Assembly: GCA_002269645.1 (NCBI GenBank)
Contig: NIVC01000498.1
Span: 14,066-78,065, forward strand
Length of the DNA: 64,000 bases
Direction: 5' to 3'
Source: Macrostomum lignano
Taxonomy: Eukaryota
Numbering within the stretch: the stretch's first letter is position 1; each line of letters begins with the position of its first letter. Positions 56,630 to 64,000 of the stretch are shown here, in pieces. The notes under the pieces were generated by a model that saw nothing but the letters and a program-made list of their open reading frames with translations, did no database searches and was not told where the DNA came from. The translations under genes and the position numbers were made by a program.

Positions 56630-59600
56630 AAAGTAGACAGATTTTTTTTAGATTTCAAGGCTTATGGGGGGCATCGCTGAGATGTCAAGGGGGGAGTTGA
56701 TATGTTAAGGCTTGTGGGGGGGAATTGCTGACATGTCAAGGCTTACAAGGGACTGCTGGGGTAAAATGCAAAGAGACGCAACATGTAGTTTAGTAAAACA
56801 ACTTGTACTGCATTTTTTAGGCTCCCCAACGGGGGGGCGCTGATTGCTAGTCTCAACTATTAGGTGTGTTTTTTTTTTACTGCTCCGTAAAGCAGTATGC
56901 TTCATGTCCTGTTTTTTAATTGTTAGCTCTTCTCCTCACTGCTTAACTCTTCAGTCTTCACCTTCAATTCCTTGAGGCCTCTGACGGTTTTTATGTTACT
57001 AATTGGGACTTGAGTCTTTAGCGTGACTTGATAAAAATTAGCTTTTACAGCTAAAGTACACTTAAAGTTCCCAAACATCGCCGGCAACCAGATCCACAGC
57101 AGATTCCCGGCAGTAATTCGACTCTGTGTGCACAGGCGAAACGAGCAGCTGGTATACTTCACTGAGGCCATCCCTAGCGCCAGGGTGAGAACGCCAAGGG
57201 ATTTCACGCTGACAGCTTTCTTCAAGCTCTGCCGAACTGACGAATTCGCGCGCAGCCTGCTGTACACCGAGGTGCCGTCCTACTTCACCTGGCACCAGAG
57301 TCCAAGAGAGTGCGTCGCGCTAAGCGTGGTGCCGATGTTGACGGGCACCCCGGCGTGAAACGAAGCACAAAAAATTTCGAGGATGTACACTGTGTCTCCG
57401 AGAGTGGGCGATTTGTTCTACTTGCGCCTCCTGCTGCTACACGTGAGAGGGCCGACCAGCTATGAGGCACTGCAGACGGTGGACGGCGTGCTGCATCCCA
57501 CTGCCAGGGCTGCATGCATGGCACTCGGTCTGTTGCAGCGAGACGATCACTGGGAAAGGTGCATGGCTGAGGCTGTCCAGTCTTGGATGCCAAGAGCCCT
57601 CAGGCACCTACTTGCTGTCATCCTCATTTGGGGAGAGCCAGAGGACGGTGAAAAGCTGTGGCAGCGCTTTAAGAATGATCTGTGCGAGGATTTTTTCTAT
57701 CGCCACCCAGACCTGAGCGCCGAGGAGGTGGCCGACAGGGCGTTGCGCGAGTTGCAAAGCATGCTAAGCTCCATGTGCGGCCGCAGCTTGCCAGAATACG
57801 GGCTGTCTGCCGCCTCCGCTGCGCCCCAAGTTGGCCCGGTGCAGTTCACGCGGCAGAGCAGACTGAGATTGCCGAGACGCGAGTTCAGCTGCTGACTGAA
57901 GAGCAGCGGGTTGTACGAGTCCATCACAGCGGACCTGATTGATGGTACAGGCGGTCTGCATTTTGTGGATGCGCCGGCAGGAACCGGCAAGACTTTTCTG
58001 TTGCAGGTGCTGCTGGCCTTTGTTCGCAGTAGAGGTCAGACCGCCATTGCTGTCGCGGCATCTGGCATCGCAGCCATCCTGCTACCTGGTGGACAGACGG
58101 CGCACTCAGCGTGAGTTTCTTTGTGAATTTTAGCAAATTGCTTTTTAGACGTGCGTCTTTTATAGGTGCCAAAAGTTTTTTGGTGCTGTTTGAATGAAAT
58201 TGCACGCAATTATAGCATCAGGCATTAAAAAATCTGGCTCATAAAAAACTTTTGCCGCCAGATTTCGCATCCCGGTTCGCCTGGTGCTCTCGGATAACGA
58301 CGTCCGCAGTGTTGGCGCGCAGTCGCAAAAGGCGGCCATGCTTCGGAGCACACGCCTCATTGTCTGGGACAAGATCTCGATGACCAACCGGCAGGACTTG
58401 GAGTCCGTGGACAGAACCTTTGCGAGACGTTCAGAAGCAAAATTCTCCTTTCGGAGGAGTGGTAATGGTGTGCGCTGGGGATTTCCGCCAGTTGCTTCCG
58501 GTAGTGAAGAATGGCACCAGGGCGAACAACGTTGCAGCCTGTGTCTGCCGATCCGAGTTGAGGAAGTTGATCCAAAGGCACCGCCTGACCAAGAATATGC
58601 GATTGCCATATTCGCATATGGCAGTTCCAATGATGCATTGACTCTTCAGTATTCGCTTTTGCTGATGCAGGTGAGCGCTTGCGAGTATCGAACTACCTGT
58701 AAGCGTAACATTCTTCAGGCTTTGTCAGTAGAATTAGCTTTCGTATCCCCTCGTGTAGTCTTATTAGTGCTTTTCTTAGGATCGCATGGGCAGTAAATTT
58801 GCAACATTATAACTTAAACATGTATATTAAGAATATTGTAACATTGGAGGCCACGTATTTTTGAACTTCTCTAGGTCGGTTCTGGCACGATTGAGAAGGA
58901 TTCGGAGGGCAATGTGTCTCTTCCTCAAGAAATTCTGCTGCCGGCAGGCGCCCAGCTGAAAGATCTGATTGAGTTCGTGTGCCCCTCGTTTGAAGCTTCC
59001 GATGTCAGGGATGCCTTTTTGCGACTTGAGCGATACTGTCGCCGAACAACGAGTCGGTGGACGCGATCAATGATCTGTGCCTGGCGATGTTTCCGGGAAG
59101 CCAGCGCGAGTACCGGTCCTGCGAGGACGAGGACTCGGCCACCCACTTCCCGCCGGAGCTGCTGAATGGGTTGGACGCCCCAAACCTGCCGAGGCACCTG
59201 CTGAAGTTCAAGGTGGGCATGCCGGTGGTGCTGCTGCGAAACATCAACCCGCCCCGGCTGTGCAACGGAACGCTGCTGATTGTCCTGGCACTGGGCGACA
59301 ATGTCCTGCGATGCAAGGTGGCGGCCGGCCAGTTCGCAGGCGATGAAGTCCTGCTGCCGCGGATTCCGCTGGTGCCCAACAATGCGGATCTGCCAATTCG
59401 CTTCAAGCACCTGCAGTTTCCCGTCAAGGCCAGCTTCTGCCTGACGATCCACAAGTCGCAGGGCCAGTCGTTGGAGACCGTGGCATCGAACTGACTGACG
59501 GCTGCTTTGCGCACGGCCAGCTGTATACCGCGCTATCTCGGGCCAAAGACGCAGTCAATTTTCGCGTCCGGATTTCTGGTAACAGAACGAGAAACATTGT

Positions 59601-60570
59601 GTACCCAGAGGTGCTTTCTAATGACTAGCTGTCACCGGTTGTATGTTCTGAAAAAGGATAATGCAGTTGTTAAACTGCATTTAAACAAGTATAGTGTAGC
59701 ATTTCAAGGATATCATGGCCACAAAATATAAGGCGGCAGTGTATCTGATTTCCAATAAAAATACTGCCTCCTTACCTCAATCGATATGCCAATAGAAGCA
59801 TAGGTACAAGTATAATAATGTCTAAAATATGCAGTTTTGCACTGTACATTTTCTCTGACATGCGCAAAGCCTGGAAAGAATTGTGGAATCGGTTCCAGCA
59901 CCTGGATGAGCGGCCATGCTTTAAGAATTCACTGCGAAGTTTCGCTTCGTCTTTTATCTGCAATATAGTAGCTAAGTTAACATCATTCGGTTTTCGGGTT
60001 TAAGGTTATTCTTAACTACAGTTCATCTCATCCTCTGTCTCCATAAGCAAAATGTTCACAAATCACAATAGAATCATAAGTAGGAAAACGTTCCAGTTCC
60101 CAATAAATTCGTTATTTGGTTCAGATTCGGGAAACTCTGCTAATTATATTATTTCCGCAGTTTCTAGATGAGATGCAACTTTCGAATCACCGATAAGTCG
60201 CTAAGATGCTCACTGATAAGTCGCTAAGATACCTGCCGATAAGCAGCCTCCAAACCCGCCAATAAGCCGTGTCCAGACGATCTGATAAGCCACTTCTAGA
60301 CCTGCTGATAAGCCGCTCAAGCCTCTAGAACTGATCAGACGTCATCAGAAATACAAATAACTCACCCCTAGATATGTTAATATACTGCTAATAGACTCAA
60401 AAAAGCCTTCTACTAAAACGAAAAGATGCTATCGGACTAAGACAAAAGCCGAATGCAGACCTGTTGAAAATGCTTTAAAAGACGTGCCCGAAAGCCTTAT
60501 CTAGAGCTGTGATTTTTAGTAGTCAGCAACAACTTAAAAGCGATTAATTTATATCCCACCTTCTGCTCAG

Positions 60571-61390
60571 GTGCACGACAGATTTCCGGCGGTCATTCGG
60601 CTATGCGTTCACAAGTCGGAGGAGCAACTCGTGTATTTCAACGAGCAGACCGCAAGTGCTAGAGCGAGGACGCCGAGGGACTCTACGTTGACGGCATTTT
60701 TCAAGCTGTGCCGTACTGACGAGTTTGCTCGGTCCTTGCTCTACACGGAGGTGCCATCCTACTTCGTGTGGCACGCCAGTGAAAGAGTGTGGCGGCGAGC
60801 GAAGCGAGGCGCGAAAGTCGATGGCCACCCGGGTGTAGTGCGGAACACAAACGTTGCACGCATGTATACGGTGAGTCCAAGAGCAGGTGATTTATTTTAC
60901 GTTCACATGCTCCTTTTGCAGGTAAGGGGACCAACTAGCTTTGAGGCGCTGCAGACTGTGGACGGCGTTGTGCACCCGAGCGCCAAGGCTGCTTGCATGG
61001 CCCTCGGCCTGCTGACACATGATGATCACTGGCGGCTGTGCCTAGCTGAGGCCGTTCAGTCAAGAATGCCAAGAGCCCTGAGACACCTGGCTGTCATTCT
61101 CATATGGGGCGAGCCTGATGATGGCAACGACCTCTGGTGCAGCTTTGCCGAGGATATGTGCGAGGACCTGCGGTTTCACCACCGAGACTTGAGCACCGAG
61201 GAGATTACTGACCTGGCACTGCGCGAGCTGCAGAGCATGCTGACCTTCATGGGCGGGAACAGCCTGCCCGAGTACGGCCTGCCTGCAGCCTCCGCGATGC
61301 CTCAAGTTGGACCGATGCAGTTCGATGCGGTCGAGCAAGCGCAGATTACTGAGGCGCGCTTACCAATGCTTACAGACGAGCAGAAAGCGG
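60571..61390 (+). pseudogene. Third Helitron RepHel fragment (inter-domain region)
   Basis: HDRFPAVIRLCVH..TLTAFFKLC..LLYTEVPSYFVW..RMYTVSP..FYVHMLLLQVRGPTSF; paralogous to 57085-57900 and 11290-11470. Confidence 0.88.
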
Positions 61391-61439
61391 TGTGTAGTGT
61401 GGAAATCTTGTGTAGTTTTACATTTCTATTGGCTGGTCG

Positions 61440-61507
61440 AGTGTATTGTTGATAACTGTGTAATTTCTGTGTTTCCTACTCTTTGATGACTACTGCTGCT
61501 GCCTACT

Positions 61508-61542
<35 letters not shown>

Positions 61543-62060
61543 CTTAACAACTTGCACGGCAGGTAGCTGGCCTGAGTGGTCTAGCGCTATGGTCCGAGAA
61601 CCCTCGCTTAGTCTCTATCAAGTTATAATTAGATATTAAACCGAGTTTTGGTAGTTGGGTTGCTGCCACCTTGTAGGTCTACAGGTAATATCCCTAGGTT
61701 ATAACAGGTTATTCCCTAGGTAAACCTACTGTAAGTAGAAAATAAATAAGACAAGACAAGTCAGTTAAACATTTATTAATATGAATAACGGTCAAAGGCC
61801 GATCCTAAATTATCGTTTACTTGCTCAACTAGTGTCGCAGTAACAAGCCCTAAGCCTTATTAGTTGTCAGATTGATGTTGCCCCACAGCGTAGGTTGTAG
61901 GCCTTGAGACCGGGTCCAGACGGTGTTAAAGGTCTGGCGTGCTGTCGACACAATAGCCTGCGGCAGTCTTAATGAGCAATGGCAGCTGCAACGAATGTTT
62001 GCTTGCAGGTTATCCCTAGGAAAAGCGTCTAGCGAATCCGCCTAAGCTAGTTCAGAAGCT
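61440..62060. mobile_element. Possible LTR or other retroelement-terminal remnant with (TC)n
   Basis: (TC)n at about 61511-61538, minus-strand AATAAA, internal short direct repeats. No paired LTR is seen. Confidence 0.25.
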
Positions 62061-62559
62061 AGTTCTGCCTATGCGAAGGGGATTAAGTATTCGAAAACAT
62101 GCTTTTTGCGAAGGTTCAAGCAGCTCTTTCAAATTGACTGTATTGTAAGAATGCTAGAGAAAAACTCACTGACTGAAATTTTAATGTGATAAAGATTGCA
62201 TCATAAATATTTTACTTTATAAAAGATACAGAATGTACGGAGTGTACAGAGTGTACGGCGGCCAGAGTGTACCTGACCGGCAGCACCAGTGCAGCCGAAC
62301 TGGAACCCCCCCAACCTCTGTCTAGCTGAGGTGGGGTGGGTGCGCACCATGCTAGCCGGCTCGCTAAGCCGGGGGGCTGGCGTCGTCTATCACGCCACGC
62401 CACCTTTTCGCACCTCCCTAGTAGGCCCCTAAATCTCGCACTGTTTGTAAATATATAAATACACGCGCAAAGCAGCACAAAATCTTCGCTGCCATTACAT
62501 GTATTGAACTAATTAAGGCCTTCCGCCTCATTTTTTTCCTCGAAAAAAACTTCCTCGAT

Positions 62560-64000
62560 GAAGAAATCGATTTTCTCCCGAACGGCTGGACCGATTTTGT
62601 TCGAATTTGCACTGTTCGATCAGAAATTTTCCCGGGACGGTACATGTATTTTGGCTAAGAAATTGCTAAATGCTAAAGGGATTAAATATTCGAAAAACAT
62701 GCTTTTTTGCAAAGGTCAAGCAGCTCTTTCGACTTGAAATGCATTGTAAGAATGCTAGAGAAAAAACTGACTGATTGAATTCTGATTCTGAAATAGATTG
62801 CATCATCACAATAGGCTTTTTATTTATCGTCTGTGTACTGGCTGAATTTTGACACTGAATTGAATTACGTCACAGTATTGAAAACGCTGTGTGGAAGCAT
62901 AGCACAATACTTGATTTATATTGCGTAACCATATTGCTAACTTTAATAGAGACTGGTACTGACTTGCCTAAGAAATTGATTATGTCTTAAATGCTTCGTG
63001 TGACTTTTACTCAATGAGTATTGAATTATATAAGTGCTACAAATTCATTTATAATTTCAATGAGAGCTAGCCTAGATGCGAACACACTGGACTGCTAATG
63101 CAGCAACTGGTTTCGAATCTTAGTAATGTATTAAAAAAGTAGCATAAATTTTTTATAAATAATTAAAAAGACCTGGATTATGGCGCTGGATAAACCAAGG
63201 ATTATTGCACTTGATAAGCCAAGGATTACTCCACTTGATAAACCAAGGATTATTGCACTTGATAAGCCAAGGATTACTGCACTTGATAAACCAAGGATTA
63301 TTGCACTTGATAAGCCAAAGATTATTGCACTTGATAAGCCAAAGATTACTGCGCTAGGTAAACCAAGGATTATTGCACTTGATAAGCCAAAGAATATTGT
63401 ACTCGATAAACCAAGGAATATTGCACTTGAAAAGCCAAGGATTACTGCTCTTAATAAACCAAGGATTACTGCGCTTGATAAACCAAGGATTATTGCACTT
63501 GATAAGCCAAGAATTATCGCTCTAAATGAGCTAAGGATTATTGCACTTGGCAAACCAAGGATTACTGCACTTGATAAACCAAGGATTATTGCACTTGATA
63601 AGCCAAAGATTATTGCACTTGGCAAACCAAGGATTACTGCTCTTAATAAGCCAAGGATTATTGCTCTTATAAGCTAAGGATTATTGCGCTTGATAAGCCA
63701 AGGATTATTGCACTTGATGAACCAAGGATTACTGCACTTGATAAACGAAGGATTATTGCTCTTAATAAACCCAGGATTACTTCGCTTGATAGGCCAAGGA
63801 TTACTGCCCTTGATAAACCAAGGATTATTGCTCTTAATAAGCTAAGGGTTATTGCACTTGGCAAACCAAGGATTACTGCACTTGATAAACCAAGGATTAC
63901 TGCGCTTGGCAAATCAAGGATTACTGCGCTTGATAAACCAAGGATTATTGCTCTTAATAAGCTAAGGGTTATTGCACTTGGCAAACCAAGGATTACTGCA
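62560..64000 (+). mobile_element. Second copy of the satellite-carrying Helitron: head plus 24-bp array (63174 to the window end)
   Basis: 62560-63170 is the reverse complement homologue of about 42830-42200; the array is the same 24-mer in the opposite orientation. Confidence 0.85.

Larger units (their letters stand above)
55150..56850 (+). mobile_element. Non-autonomous Helitron (same head family) inserted in the Rep domain
   Basis: 55153-55500 matches 62724-63120; ends GCTCCCC-AACG-GGGGGGC..CTAG|T at 56847-56851; 3' module repeated about three times. Confidence 0.72.
53291..59625 (+). pseudogene. Helitron Rep/helicase gene with spliceosomal introns, decayed and interrupted
   Basis: CGHC..CC..GKV, NIRSYN, YDPLQYVLF, LLQQYLVD, GGPRYM, KRG|LPHVHILLW (HUH), DAPAGTGKTF, GDFRQLLPVV, RLCNGT, TIHKSQGQSL. 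GT-AG introns near 53869-54168, 54929-55089, 58112-58261 and 58672-58874. Confidence 0.92.

Noticed and set aside
56923-57080. VKANFYQVTL resembling an Argonaute N-terminus
   Set aside because: A short match in AT-rich sequence adjacent to a Helitron acceptor site; no PAZ or PIWI sequence nearby.

Overview
Transposon-dense eukaryotic DNA with spliceosomal introns, probably from an invertebrate animal; no intact conventional host gene is recognisable. The core is a 17 kb block (13.0-30.3 kb) where four different Ingi/I-type non-LTR retrotransposons (APE-RT-RNase H-CCHC) lie head-to-tail on the minus strand inside one polyQ-coding minisatellite (QNQYQSAPQn). The three full-length elements are all in frame with the polyQ frame. 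Each has a structured, ribozyme-like 5' leader and an N-terminal release signal: a 2A peptide in E3 and a ubiquitin C-terminal mimic (VLRLRGG) in E1 and E2. E1 and E2 share the same 11-bp target duplication and carry a C-clamp-like Cys module inside the endonuclease; E3 carries PWWP plus three PHD fingers. The rest of the window holds three Helitron Rep/helicase remnants, three RPA70-like OB-fold genes, non-autonomous Helitrons carrying satellite arrays, a Mononegavirales L-polymerase endogenous viral element fused to a BEL/Pao pol end, a Chapaev/Transib-like transposon, and MULE, mariner, hAT-MITE and Gypsy remnants. Domain calls come from motif recognition by eye, not database searches. Boundaries are approximate unless a TSD or TIR is cited.
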